64,000 nt of DNA from Eledone cirrhosa (GCA_964016885.1 OZ024761.1:8866001-8930000); one strand, 5' to 3'; numbered from the stretch's first letter, positions 49,931 to 64,000 are shown. A program made the numbers and translations. The notes: generated by a model not told the origin, from the letters alone.

Positions 49931-49959
49931 AAATGTTGTTTTTCTTTTCTATTCGACAG

Positions 49960-50122
49960 AGTTGATTTAGTTCAATCACAAATCAAAGTGGCTGAGGGCA
50001 AGTCCCTGCCTGAGATTGGTTTAACTCAAGACAACATTAAACTGAATGGCTGTTCCATCCAGTGTAGAATGACCACTGAAGACCCTGCTAAAAATTTCCA
50101 ACCTGATACTGGCAGAATTGAG
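49960..50122 (+). CDS. PC: Pyruvate carboxylase coding exon 7
   Basis: GACAG acceptor; [13 protein letters not shown]...[25 protein letters not shown]; donor GAG|GTATGT. Confidence 0.96.
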
Positions 50123-50668
50123 GTATGTTCGTGTATAATTCCACCTTACAGAAATGTATTTTTATTATTCTTTTGGACCCTCTTTAGAGTCTCGGGATAG
50201 GCAATCTATATGGCTTAGTGGTTAGAGCATTGGGCTCAAAGTGGTCGTGGAGGTGCCATGGCAAAAAAGCACCCAGCACTCACTGTAAATGAGGTTGGTG
50301 TTAGGAAGAGCATCCAGCTGTAGAAATGAGATGATAAGGACTGGGTTCCCTATCATTCCACTGCAATGTGGTCGTGGAGGTGCCACGGCAAAAAAGCACC
50401 CAGCACTCACTGTAAATGAGGTTGGTGTTAGGAAGGGCATCCAGCTGTAGAAATGAGATGATAGGGACTGGGATCCCTATCATTCCACTGCAATGTGGTC
50501 GTGGAGGTGCCACGGCAAAAAAGCACCCAGCACTCACTGTAAATGAGGTTGGTGTTAGGAAGAGCATCCAGCTGTAGAAATCAAGCCAGAATCAGTTCCC
50601 GTCCCACCCTTGCTAGCAGGGAAAAAGCAGACGTAAAATGAAATGAAATGATGATGATGATGATATGA

Positions 50669-50762
<94 letters not shown>

Positions 50763-50908
50763 ATATGTATATATATATGTGTATGTGTGTATATGTATAT
50801 ATATATGTGCATGTGTGTATATGTATATAAATATATATATATGTGTATGTGTGTATATATATATATATGTATATGTATGTGTGTATATGTATATATATAT
50901 ATATATGT

Positions 50909-50958
<50 letters not shown>

Positions 50959-51069
50959 ATATGTATATATATATGTGTATGTGTGTATATGTATATAAAT
51001 ATATATATATGTGTATGTGTGTATATATATATGTATATGTATATGTGTATATATATATGTGTATGTGTG

Positions 51070-51152
<83 letters not shown>

Positions 51153-51213
51153 GTATGTGTGTATATGTATATATATATGTGTATGTGTGTATATGTATAT
51201 ATATATATATGTG

Positions 51214-51258
<45 letters not shown>

Positions 51259-51327
51259 GTATGTGTGTATATGTATATATATGTGTGTATGTGTGTATAT
51301 GCATATATATATATATGTGTATGTGTG

Positions 51328-51366
<39 letters not shown>

Positions 51367-51431
51367 ATGTGTGTATATATATATATATATATATGTATAT
51401 GTATGTGTGTATATGTATATATATATGTGTA

Positions 51432-51476
<45 letters not shown>

Positions 51477-51487
51477 GTGTATGTGTG

Positions 51488-51520
<33 letters not shown>

Positions 51521-51672
51521 ATATGTATATATATATGTATATGTATGTCTGTATATATATATGTGTATGTGTGTATATGTATATATATGTGTGTGTGTAT
51601 ATATTCGACTATGAGGTGTGACCAGTAGGTAGTATCAGCAATAAAAAGACCAATGGAATCTTGTCAAATGTC

Positions 51673-52289
51673 ATCTATATATATATATAAAACTGAGGAT
51701 GTCTGTCTGTGTGTGTGTCTGTGAGTTTGAATCCCTAAAACTCGAGAAGTACCCAACCGATTCTTTTCAAACTTTACATGTGTATTACATATGTTTCAAA
51801 TTCAACTTTTTGATCCCGCATTAAGTGAAAAACTGCATTTTTACAGCTTTTTAGGGTTTTTTGAGGCGTTACGTCAGACTGATTTCCTTGAAATTGTAAC
51901 TATGTATTAGTCAGTCTCTTCTTCATACCGTGAGCAAAGAAAATCCAACTTTTTTATGGCCTAGGGCCCGCATTAGGTGAAAAACTTCATTTTTTCAGCT
52001 TTTTAGAGCTTTTTTGATGTGTTACATCTAGCCGATTTTCCCAAAATTTCAAGGCATATTATGCACATAAAAAAAATTCATTTTCTTGATCCTCTAGGGC
52101 CCGCATTAGGTGAAAACCTTCATTATTCCTGCTTCATCGAGGAAAATCTTAAAGATTATCCAGCCATCAGAGTATTCGGTTTATTTTCTTTACATATTGT
52201 CCAGGCATGCAGTTTTTCCACGATTAGGTCTGTTGGCGGCCCGCGTTCCAAAATACCTTATCCCGTGCAACGCCGGGTACCACTGCTAG
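51673..52289 (+). mobile_element. Non-autonomous Helitron; a second small Helitron follows at ~52291-52461
   Basis: 5' TCTATATAT...AAAACTGAGGATGTCTGTCTG; 3' hairpin CCCGTGCAACGCCGGG then CTAG. Confidence 0.7.
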
Positions 52290-52475
52290 CATATATATAT
52301 ATAAAAGAGAGATGTTTATTGGTTGGTTGGTTGAATCACACGAAAACTACACAGACACACACATTACGGTCTCACCAGACAACACATCCAATACAGTCGT
52401 TTTCTTTTTTATCCATCTTCTCACAACTATTCTCCCAGGCGACACCGGGTACCTCAGCTAGTTTTTTTTATAATT

Positions 52476-53093
52476 AAGAAGTGGTTGATAGCTTCCGGTA
52501 CCTAGGAGATCAGATTAGCATGGAATGGGAGGGGGGGTATTCCGAGGCCATAGTATCTAGAATAAGGACGGGGGTTGAAAGAAGTTGAGGGAGCTGCTTC
52601 CTCTGTTGACAAAGAAGGGTTTCTCCCTGCATAGGAAAGGATGGTTATATGATGCCTGTGTGAGATGCACGATGCTGCATGTTAGTAAAACATGGGCAGC
52701 AACTGCAGAAGATATGCGACGTCTGGAGAGAAATGAAACAAGCCTGCTCCGTTGGATGTGCAATGTCAAGGTGCGTGAACGAGCAAACATAGACGAGTTG
52801 AGAAAGAAACTGGGTGTGAGAGGGATAAGTTGTGGTGTGCAGAAGAGAAAGCTGAGATGGTATGGACATGTGATGCGCATGGAGGATAACCAAGGGTGAA
52901 GACGTGCCAGGAAGTCCCAGTGGAGGGAAGACGCAGTAGAGGTAGACCAGGAAACACATGGGCGGAGGTGGTGAGAGCAGACCTCAGATTGCTGTAACTC
53001 ACCGATGAGATGACGAAGGACCGTGACAAGTGGAGAGATGCTGTGCTGAATAGGACCCATCCCACCCTTGAAAGCAGGGAAAAGCGGAGGTAA

Positions 53094-53125
<32 letters not shown>
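52476..53125 (+). mobile_element. RTE 3' fragment ending ~45 nt upstream of PC exon 8
   Basis: RELLPLLTKKGFSL...LRWYGHVMRM; (GAT)n tail. Confidence 0.85.
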
Positions 53126-53128
<3 letters not shown>

Positions 53129-53168
53129 CGTTTTACTTATCTTTAAAAATTATTGTTTCTAATTGCAG

Positions 53169-53351
53169 GTCTTTCGAAGTGGTGAAGGTATGGGTATACG
53201 TCTAGACGGGGCATCAGCGTTTGCTGGAGCTATTATCTCCCCTTATTATGATTCCCTCCTGGTGAAAGTCATTGCTTCCGCCCATGACCATCCGTCCGCT
53301 TGTGCCAAGATGCTTCGGGCTCTCATGGAATTCCGAATCCGTGGCGTGAAG
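53169..53351 (+). CDS. PC: Pyruvate carboxylase coding exon 8
   Basis: TGCAG acceptor; [35 protein letters not shown]...[12 protein letters not shown]; donor AAG|GTAGGT. Confidence 0.96.
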
Positions 53352-54005
53352 GTAGGTAGAACAATCCCTGATTGAGACAAAGGGAGTGTAGTTGTTGCTG
53401 CTGTTGTTGTTGTTGTTGTTGCTTTTGTTGTTGCTGCTGCTGCTGCTGTTGTTGTCGTCGTCGTTGTTGTTGTTGTTATTGGTTTTGGTGTTGCTGTTGT
53501 CGTTGTTGTTGTTCTTGTTATTGGTTTTGGTGTTGCTGCTGATGTTGCTGCTGCTGCTGCTGATGATGTTGCTGCTGCTGCTGATGATGATGATGTTGCT
53601 GCTGCTGTTGTTGTTGCTGTTGTTGTTGTTGTTGTTGTTATTGGTTTTGGTGTTGCTGCTGATGTTGCTGCTGTTGTTGTTGTTGTCGTTGTCGTTGTCG
53701 TTGTTGTTGTTGTTGTTGTTATTGTTGTTGCTGGTGCTGGTGTTGATGTTGTTATTGTTTTCTGCTGCTGTTGTTGTTGGCGGTGTTGCTGTTGTTGTTG
53801 TTGCTGCTGCTACTGTTGTTGTTGTTGTTGCTGCTGCTGCTGTTGCTGTGTTTTTTTTTATTTTGTGCAAATAGGAGCCCACATGCTGGCCACCCTGCGT
53901 CTCATTGGATGAGCCATTCCAGCTTGCCTTGCTCACACCTGCAGGTAGCCAACTCTGTGTAGGGAGGTGGTCCTAGGGCCAAGGACACCAGACACCAGCA
54001 GTCTC

Positions 54006-57000
54006 CACCTCCACTGCCATGGGCTTGAATCAGGCTTAAATCACTCAACCATGGATCAGGTTATACTTGACTTCCACTGCTATGGGCTCGAATCAGGCTC
54101 AAATCACTCAACCATGAATCAGGTTATACTTGACTTCCACTGCTATGAGCTTGAATCAGGCTCAAATCACTCAACCATGAATCAGGTTATACTTGATTTC
54201 CACTGCTATGGGGTCGAATCAGGCTCAAATCACTCAACCATGGATCAGGTTATACTTGACTTCCACTGCTATGGGCTCGAATCAGGTTCAAATCACTCAA
54301 CCATGAATCAGGTTATACTTGACTTCCACTGCTATGGGCTCGAATCAGGTTCAAATCACTCAACCATGGATCAGGTTATACTTGACTTCCACTGCTATGG
54401 GCTCGAATCAGGCTCAAATCACTCAAACATGGACCAGGTTATACTTGACTTCCACTGCTATGGGCTCGAATCAGGCTCAAATCACTCAACCATGAATCAG
54501 GTTATACTTGACTTCCACTGCTATGGGGTCGAATCAGGCTCAAATCACTCAACCATGGATCAGGTTATACTTGACTTCCACTGCTATGGGGTCGAATCAG
54601 GCTCAAATCACTCAACCATGGATCAGGTTATACTTGACTTCCACTGCTATGGGGTCGAATCAGGCTCAAATCACTCAACCATGGATCAGGTTATACTTGA
54701 CTTCCACTGCTATGGGGTCGAATCAGGCTCAAATCACTCAACCATGGATCAGGTTATACTTGACTTCCACTGCTATGGGGTCGAATCAGGCTCAAATCAC
54801 TCAACCATGGATCAGGTTATACTTGACTTCCACTGCTATGGGCTCGAATCAGGTTCAAATCACTCAACCATGAATCAGGTTATACTTGACTTCCACTGCT
54901 ATGGGCTCGAATCAGGTTCAAATCACTCAACCATGGACCAGGTTATACTTGACTTCCACTGCTATGGGGTCGAATCGGGCTCAAATCACTCAACCATGGA
55001 TCAGGTTATACTTGACTTCCACTGCTATGGGCTCGAATCAGGCTCAAATCACTCAACCATGGATCAGGTTATACTTGACTTCCACTGCTATGAGCTTGAA
55101 TCAGGCTCAAAGCACTCAACCATGGATCAGGTTATACTTGACTTCCACTGCTATGGGCTCGAATCAGGCTCAAATCACTCAACCATGAATCGGGTTATAC
55201 TTGACTTCCACTGCTATGGGCTCGAATCAGGCTCAAATCACTCAACCATGAATCAGGTTATACTTGACTTCCACTGCTATGGGCTCGAATCAGGTTCAAA
55301 TCACTCAACCATGGATCAGGTTATACTTGACTTCCACTGCTATGGGCTCGAATCAGGCTCAAATCACTCAAACATGGACCAGGTTATACTTGACTTCCAC
55401 TGCTATGGGCTCGAATCAGGCTCAAATCACTCAACCATGAATCAGGTTATACTTGACTTCCACTGCTATGGGGTCGAATCAGGCTCAAATCACTCAACCA
55501 TGGATCAGGTTATACTTGACTTCCACTGCTATGGGCTCGAATCAGGCTCAAATCACTCAACCATGGATCAGGTTATACTTGACTTCCACTGCTATGGGCT
55601 CGAATCAGGCTCAAATCACTCAACCATGAATCAGGTTATACTTGACTTCCACTGCTATGGGCTCGAATCAGGCTCAAATCACTCAACCATGAATCAGGTT
55701 ATACTTGACTTCCACTGCTATGGGGTCGAATCAGGCTCAAATCACTCAACCATGGATCAGGTTATACTTGACTTCCACTGCTATGGGCTCGAATCAGGCT
55801 CAAATCACTCAACCATGGATCAGGTTATACTTGACTTCCACTGCTATGGGCTCGAATCACTCAACCATGGATCAGGTTATACTTGACTTCCACTGCTATG
55901 GGCTCGAATCACTCAACCATGGATCAGGTTATACTTGACTTCCACTGCTATGGGCTCGAATCAGGCTCAAATCACTCAACCATGGATCAGGTTATACTTG
56001 ACTTCCACTGCTATGAGCTTGAATCAGGCTCAAATCACTCAACCATGAATCAGGTTATACTTGACTTCCACTGCTATGGGCTTGAATCAGGCTCAAATCA
56101 CTCAACCATGAATCAGGTTATACTTGACTTCCACTGCTATGGGCTCGAATCAGGCTCAAATCACTCAACCATGAATCAGGTTATACTTGACTTCCACTGC
56201 TATGAGCTTGAATCAGGCTCAAATCACTCAACCATGAATCAGGTTATACTTGACTTCCACTGCTATGGGCTCGAATCAGGCTCAAATCACTCAACCATGA
56301 ATCAGGTTATACTTGACTTCCACTGCTATGGGCTTGAATCAGGCTCAAATCACTCAACCATGAATCAGGTTATACTTGACTTCCACTGCTATGGGCTCGA
56401 ATCAGCCTCAAATCACTCAACCATGAATCAGGTTATACTTGACTTCCACTGCTATGGGCTCGAATCAGGTTCAAATCACTCAACCATGAATCAGGTTATA
56501 CTTGACTTCCACTGCTATGGGGTCGAATCAGGCTCAAATCACTCAACCATGGATCAGGTTATACTTGACTTCCACTGCTATGGGCTTGAATCAGGCTCAA
56601 ATCACTCAACCATGAATCAGGTTATACTTGACTTCCACTGCTATGGGCTCGAATCAGGCTCAAATCACTCAACCATGAATCAGGTTATACTTGACTTCCA
56701 CTGCTATGAGCTTGAATCAGGCTCAAATCACTCAACCATGAATCAGGTTATACTTGACTTCCACTGCTATGGGCTCGAATCAGGCTCAAATCACTCAACC
56801 ATGAATCAGGTTATACTTGACTTCCACTGCTATGGGCTTGAATCAGGCTCAAATCACTCAACCATGAATCAGGTTATACTTGACTTCCACTGCTATGGGC
56901 TTGAATCGGGCTCAAATCACTCAACCATGAATCAGGTTATACTTGACTTCCACTGCTATGGGCTTGAATCGGGCTCAAATCACTCAACCATGAATCAGGT

Positions 57001-57070
57001 TATACTTGACTTCCACTGCTATGGGCTTGAATCAGGCTCAAATCACTCAACCAAGAATCAGGTTATACTT
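54006..57070. repeat. 63-bp tandem array, ~48 copies, in PC intron 8
   Basis: Unit CTTGACTTCCACTGCTATGG...CAGGTTATA. Confidence 0.97.
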
Positions 57071-57686
57071 GGTTACATCATACCAGTAGCTGGCCGTAGT
57101 ATGATCTAACCAGAGGTCTGGAGGGGGAGTCACTTTAGTTGCTGACTACTCGACCATGAAGCAAGTTGTACTAGGTTACATGGTACCAGTACCAGGCAGA
57201 AGCCTGACCTGCTCGTATGTACCATTTAATTTGGGACACATAAATTGTTATAGTTTAGTAGAGTCATATTACCAATAAAAACACATGCACCAGTTGGTTT
57301 CTCTTCAGTTTATTATTAGTTGAGTAACTAATCCATTCATGGGTTAGTTTTGTATCTGTTTTGCTTGATTCTTGATGTGAAATAGTGTGTTGAAACAGAT
57401 ATTGTTATATTTTGGTAGGGTTATGTTGTCAATAAAAACACACGCACTAGTTGTTTCACTTCCATTTCATTACAAGTTAGATAACTAATCCATCCTTGGT
57501 TAGTTTTGTAACTAAATATTTAGTTAATTGTCACAGTTCTTTCATCACACATCTTGTGACCTTTTCAATGACCATTCTTGCTTCTCTGTGCCTTCTCTTT
57601 GGTTTTAATATTTGATGGTCAAAAGAAAAGAAAAGTCAAATGAACTACATGTAATTTAACTTGATTCTGTTTGTTGTTTCTTGTAG

Positions 57687-57921
57687 ACCAACATTCCATT
57701 CCTGCTGAATGTGCTACAGAATGAACGGTTCCTCTCTGGTATTGTTGACACCAACTTCATTGATGAACACTCTGAGCTGTTTCAGTTTGAACCATCACAG
57801 AACCGAGCCCAAAAGCTCCTTCATTATCTTGGTCAAGTGATGGTCAATGGACCACAGACACCACTTGCTACCACACTTCAACCTTCTGACAATATACCCA
57901 CAATTCCTGAAACCCCTGTGG
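57687..57921 (+). CDS. PC: Pyruvate carboxylase coding exon 9; gene continues beyond the window
   Basis: TTGTAG acceptor; [28 protein letters not shown]...[22 protein letters not shown]; donor G|GTAAGT. NRAQKLL..LG...VNGP is the PC-type linker after the biotin carboxylase domain. Confidence 0.95.
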
Positions 57922-58389
57922 GTAAGTAAAGAACACTGGCTCAACTTCTATACATGTCGTTACTTAAGCAACTCTGACTCAACTTCAGCAATTCTGGCTC
58001 AACTTCCATATCATGACTTAAGCAACTCTGGCTTAACTTCAACAACACTGGTTCAACTTTCATCCATACATGTCACTTAAGCAACACTAGCTCAACTTCC
58101 TTGTTAGTATTTAAGCAACACTGGCTCAAATTCCTTGTCAGTATTTAAGCAACACTAGCTCAATTTCCTTGTCAGTATTTAAGCAACACTGGCTCAAATT
58201 CTTTGTTGGTATTTAAGCAACACTAGCTCAACTTCCGTACTTGTCAGTATTTAGGCAACTCTGACACAACTTCCATATATGTCGTTACTTAAACAACAGT
58301 GGTTCATACATGAGATGTTGTGTATAGATGAAGTTAATGAGTGGTTCTGTTTGCTAAAACCAGAGTTGGTTTTGGGGGTGATTGGTTTG

Positions 58390-61300
58390 ATATACTTGAG
58401 ATGTTGTGTGTCAGAGTGCAGTGAGCCTTCCATCTGATGTACTTGAGATGTTGTTTGTCAAGGTGCAGTGAGCCTTCCATCTGATGTACTTGAGATGTTG
58501 TATGTCAGAGGGCAGTGAGCCTTCCATCTGATGTACTTGAGATGTTGTATGTCAGAGAGCAGTGAGCCTTCCATCCGATGTACTTGAGATGTTGTTTGTC
58601 AGGGTGCAGTGAGCCTTCCATCTGATGTACTTGAGATGTTGTGTGTCAGGGTGCAGTGAGCCTTCCATCCAGTGTACTTGAGATGTTGTGTGTCAGGGTG
58701 CAGTGAGCCTTCCATCTGATGTACTTGAGATGTTGTTTGTCAGGGTACAATGAGCCTTCCATCTGATGTACTTGAGATGTTGTATGTCAGGGTGCAGTGA
58801 GCCTTCCATCCGATGTACTTGAGATGTTGTGTGTCAGGGTGCAGTGAGCCTTCCATCCGATGTACTTGAGATGTTGTGTGTCGGGGTGCAGTGGGCCTCC
58901 CATCTGATGTACTTGAGATGTTGTTTGTCAGGGTGCAGTGAGCCTTCCATCCGATGTACTTGAGATGTTGTTTGTCAGGGTGCAGTGAGCCTTCCATCTG
59001 ATGTACTTGAGATGTTGTGTGTCAGGGTGCAGTGAGCCTTCCATCTGATATATTTGCGATGTTGTTTGTCAGGGTGCAGTGAGCCTCCCATCTGATGTAC
59101 TTGAGATGTTGTTTGTCAGGGTGCAGTGAGCCTTCCATCCGATGTACTTGAGATGTTGTTTGTCAGGGTGCAGTGAGCCTTCCATCCGATGTACTTGAGA
59201 TGTTGTTTGTCAGGGTGCAGTGAGCCTTCCATCCGATGTACTTGAGATGTTGTTTGTCAGGGTGCAGTGAGCCTTCCATCCGATGTACTTGAGATGTTGT
59301 GTGTCAGGGTGCAGTGAGCCTTCCATCTGATGTACTTGAGATGTTGTTTGTCAGGGTGCAGTGAGCCTTCCATCCGATGTACTTGAGATGTTGTTTGTCA
59401 GGGTGCAGTGAGCCTTCCATCTGATGTACTTGAGATGTTGTGTGTCAGGGTGCAGTGAGCCTTCCATCTGATGTACTTGAGATGTTGTTTGTCAGGGTGC
59501 AGTGAGCCTTCCATCTGATGTACTTGAGATGTTGTTTGTCAGGGTGCAGTGAGCCTTCCATCTGATATACTTGAGATGTTGTTTGTCAGGGTGCAGTGAG
59601 CCTTCCATCTGATATACTTGAGATTTTGTTTGTCAGGGTGCAGTGAGCCTCCCATCTGATGTACTTGAGATGTTGTTTGTCAGGGTGCAGTGAGCCTTCC
59701 ATCCGATGTACTTGAGATGTTGTTTGTCAGGGTGCAGTGAGCCTTCCATCTGATGTACTTGAGATGTTGTTTGTCAGGGTGCAGTGAGCCTTCCATCCGA
59801 TGTACTTGAGATGTTGTTTGTCAGGGTGCAGTGAGCCTTCCATCCGATGTACTTGAGATGTTGTATGTCAGGGTGCAGTGAGCCTCCCATCTGATGTACT
59901 TGAGATGTGTGTCAGGGTGCAGTGAGCCTTCCATCTGATGTACTTGAGATGTTGTGTGTCAGAGAGCAGTGAGCCTCCCATCTGATGTACTTGAGATGTT
60001 GTGTGTCAGAGAGCAGTGAGCCTTCCATCCGATGTACTTGAGATGTTGTTTGTCAGGGTGCAGTGAGCCTCCCATCTGATGTACTTGAGATGTTGTGTGT
60101 CAGGGTGCAGTGAGCCTTCCATCTGATATACTTGAGATGTTGTTTGTCAGAGGGCAGTGAACCTTCCATCTGATATACTTGAGATGTTGTTTGTCAGGGT
60201 GCAGTGAGCCTTCCATCCGATGTACTTGAGATGTTGTTTGTCAGGGTGCAGTGAGCCTTCCATCCGATGTACTTGAGATGTTGTGTGTCAGAGGGCAGTG
60301 AGCCTTCCATCTGATGTACTTGAGATGTTGTGTGTCAGGGTGCAGTGAGCCTCCCATCTGATGTACTTGAGATGTTGTTTGTCAGGGTGCAGTGAGCCTC
60401 CCATCTGATGTACTTGAGATGTTGTTTGTCAGAGAGCAGTGAGCCTTCCATCTGATGTACTTGAGATGTTGTATGTCAGGGTGCAGTGAGCCTTCCATCT
60501 GATGTACTTGAGATGTTGTTTGTCAGGGTGCAGTGAGCCTTCCATCTGATGTACTTGAGATGTTGTATGTCAGGGTGCAGTGAGCCTTCCATCTGATGTA
60601 CTTGAGATGTTGTTTGTCAGGGTGCAGTGAGCCTTCCATCCGATGTACTTGAGATGTTGTTTGTCAGGGTGCAGTGAGCCTTCCATCCGATGTACTTGAG
60701 ATGTTGTTTGTCAGGGTGCAGTGAGCCTTCCATCCAATGTACTTGAGATGTTGTTTGTCAGGGTGCAGTGAGCCTTCCATCTGATGTACTTGAGATGTTG
60801 TTTGTCAGGGTGCAGTGAGCCTTCCATCCGATGTACTTGAGATGTTGTGTGTCAGGGTGCAGTGAGCCTTCCATCCGATGTACTTGAGATGTTGTTTGTC
60901 AGGGTGCAGTGAGCCTTCCATCTGATGTACTTGAGATGTTGTGTGTCAGGGTGCAGTGAGCCTTCCATCTGATGTACTTGAGATGTTGTTTGTCAGGGTG
61001 CAGTGAGCCTTCCATCTGATGTACTTGAGATGTTGTTTGTCAGGGTGCAGTGAGCCTTCCATCTGATATACTTGAGATGTTGTTTGTCAGGGTGCAGTGA
61101 GCCTTCCATCTGATATACTTGAGATTTTGTTTGTCAGGGTGCAGTGAGCCTCCCATCTGATGTACTTGAGATGTTGTTTGTCAGGGTGCAGTGAGCCTTC
61201 CATCCGATGTACTTGAGATGTTGTTTGTCAGGGTGCAGTGAGCCTTCCATCCGATGTACTTGAGATGTTGTTTGTCAGGGTGCAGTGAGCCTTCCATCCG

Positions 61301-64000
61301 ATGTACTTGAGATGTTGTTTGTCAGGGTGCAGTGAGCCTTCCATCCGATGTACTTGAGATGTTGTATGTCAGGGTGCAGTGAGCCTCCCATCTGATGTAC
61401 TTGAGATGTGTGTCAGGGTGCAGTGAGCCTTCCATCTGATGTACTTGAGATGTTGTGTGTCAGAGAGCAGTGAGCCTCCCATCTGATGTACTTGAGATGT
61501 TGTGTGTCAGAGAGCAGTGAGCCTTCCATCCGATGTACTTGAGATGTTGTTTGTCAGGGTGCAGTGAGCCTCCCATCTGATGTACTTGAGATGTTGTGTG
61601 TCAGGGTGCAGTGAGCCTTCCATCTGATATACTTGAGATGTTGTTTGTCAGAGGGCAGTGAGCCTTCCATCTGATATACTTGAGATGTTGTTTGTCAGGG
61701 TGCAGTGAGCCTTCCATCCGATGTACTTGAGATGTTGTTTGTCAGGGTGCAGTGAGCCTTCCATCCGATGTACTTGAGATGTTGTTTGTCAGGGTGCAGT
61801 GAGCCTTCCATCTGATGTACTTGAGATGTTGTTTGTCAGGGTGCAGTGAGCCTTCCATCTGATATACTTGAGATGTTGTTTGTCAGGGTGCAGTGAGCCT
61901 TCCATCTGATATACTTGAGATGTTGTTTGTCAGGGTGCAGTGAGCCTTCCATCTGATATACTTGAGATTTTGTTTGTCAGGGTGCAGTGAGCCTCCCATC
62001 TGATGTACTTGAGATGTTGTTTGTCAGGGTGCAGTGAGCCTTCCATCCGATGTACTTGAGATGTTGTTTGTCAGGGTGCAGTGAGCCTTCCATCCGATGT
62101 ACTTGAGATGTTGTTTGTCAGGGTGCAGTGAGCCTTCCATCCGATGTACTTGAGATGTTGTTTGTCAGGGTGCAGTGAGCCTTCCATCCGATGTACTTGA
62201 GATGTTGTATGTCAGGGTGCAGTGAGCCTCCCATCTGATGTACTTGAGATGTGTGTCAGGGTGCAGTGAGCCTTCCATCTTATGTACTTGAGATGTTGTG
62301 TGTCAGAGAGCAGTGAGCCTCCCATCTGATGTACTTGAGATGTTGTGTGTCAGAGAGCAGTGAGCCTTCCATCCGATGTACTTGAGATGTTGTTTGTCAG
62401 GGTGCAGTGAGCCTCCCATCTGATGTACTTGAGATGTTGTGTGTCAGGGTGCAGTGAGCCTTCCATCTGATATACTTGAGATGTTGTTTGTCAGAGGGCA
62501 GTGAGCCTTCCATCTGATATACTTGAGATGTTGTTTGTCAGGGTGCAGTGAGCCTTCCATCCGATGTACTTGAGATGTTGTTTGTCAGGGTGCAGTGAGC
62601 CTTCCATCCGATGTACTTGAGATGTTGTTTGTCAGGGTGCAGTGAGCCTTCCATCTGATGTACTTGAGATGTTGTTTGTCAGGGTGCAGTGAGCCTTCCA
62701 TCTGATATACTTGAGATGTTGTTTGTCAGGGTGCAGTGAGCCTTCCATCTGATATACTTGAGATTTTGTTTGTCAGGGTGCAGTGAGCCTCCCATCTGAT
62801 GTACTTGAGATGTTGTTTGTCAGGGTGCAGTGAGCCTTCCATCCGATGTACTTGAGATGTTGTTTGTCAGGGTGCAGTGAGCCTTCCATCCGATGTACTT
62901 GAGATGTTGTTTGTCAGGGTGCAGTGAGCCTTCCATCCGATGTACTTGAGATGTTGTTTGTCAGGGTGCAGTGAGCCTTCCATCCGATGTACTTGAGATG
63001 TTGTTTGTTAGGGTGCAGTGAGCCTTCCATCTGATGTACTTGAGATGTTGTTTGTCAGGGTGCAGTGAGCCTTCCATCCGATGTACTTGAGATGTTGTTT
63101 GTCAGGGTGCAGTGAGCCTTCCATCTGATGTACTTGAGATATTGTGTGTCAGAGAGCAGTGAGCCTTCCATCTGATGTACTTGAGATGTTGTTTGTCAGG
63201 GTGCAGTGAGCCTTCCATCTGATGTACTTGAGATATTGTGTGTCAGAGAGCAGTGAGCCTTCCATCTGATGTACTTGAGATGTTGTGTGTCAGGGTGCAG
63301 TGAGCCTTCCATCCGATGTACTTGAGATGTTGTTTGTCAGGGTGCAGTGAGCCTTCCATCTGATGTACTTCAGATATTGTGAGTCAGAGAGCAGTGAGCC
63401 TTCCATCTGATGTACTTGAGATGTTGTTTGTCAGGGTGCAGTGAGCCTTCCATCTGATGTACTTGAGATGTTGTGTGTCAGGGTGCTGTGTGCCTCCCAT
63501 CTGATGTACTTGAGATGTTGTTTGTCAGGGTGCAGTGAGCCTCCCATCTGATGTACTTGAGATGTTGTATGTCAGGGTGCAGTGAGCCTTCCATCTGATG
63601 TACTTGAGATGTTGTTTGTCAGGGTGCAGTGAGCCTTCCATCCGATGTACTTGAGATGTTGTTTGTCAGGGTGCAGTGAGCCTTCCATCCGATGTACTTG
63701 AGATGTTGTTTGTCAGGGTGCAGTGAGCCTTCCATCCGATGTACTTGAGATGTTGTTTGTCAGGGTGCAGTGAGCCTTCCATCTGATGTACTTGAGATGT
63801 TGTGTGTCAGAGAGCAGTGAGCCTTCCATCTGATGTACTTGAGATGTTGTGTGTCAGGGTGCAGTGAGCCTTCCATCCGATGTACTTGAGATGTTGTTTG
63901 TCAGGGTGCAGTGAGCCTTCCATCTGATGTACTTGAGATATTGTGTGTCAGAGAGCAGTGAGCCTTCCATCTGATGTACTTGAGATGTTGTTTGTCAGGG
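58390..64000. repeat. 47-bp satellite, ~119 copies, in PC intron 9; runs off the window
   Basis: Unit GATGTACTTGAGATGTTGTTTGTCAGGGTGCAGTGAGCCTTCCATC(T/C). Confidence 0.97.

Noticed and set aside
53967-57109. 639-aa and 408-aa repetitive ORFs
   Set aside because: 63-bp satellite inside PC intron 8; 52-bp units shift the frame; exons 8 and 9 join in phase without it.
58390-64000. CRISPR-like appearance of the regular arrays
   Set aside because: Units are head-to-tail with no unique spacers, there are no cas genes, and the context is a eukaryotic intron.

Overview
AT-rich, microsatellite-dense animal genomic DNA; the repeat repertoire points to an octopus or another coleoid cephalopod (inference). 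The one confidently identified host gene is a + strand mitochondrial pyruvate carboxylase (PC). Nine coding exons (36405-57921) splice in phase with GT-AG boundaries and encode the presequence, the biotin carboxylase domain and the following linker; the gene continues past the window end. The rest is retroelements (RTE LINEs, CR1-group and Tx1/L1-like 3' ends, Penelope-like GIY-YIG fragments, two tRNA-derived SINE families), DNA-transposon relics (hAT, Tc1/mariner, piggyBac-like MITEs, Helitrons) and tandem arrays (84, 63, 47, 47-49 and 10 bp units). The most striking signal, invisible in the ORF track, is at least 14 minimal type-I hammerhead ribozyme motifs, most with palindromic stem III. 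They belong to several families of short, mostly (TA)n-embedded and often fold-back elements with Penelope-like architecture. One similar fold-back carries a tRNA-like Pol III head instead. A speculative minus-strand micro-exon gene (13373-6758) is also noted. Everything was read by eye; no searches or folding were run.
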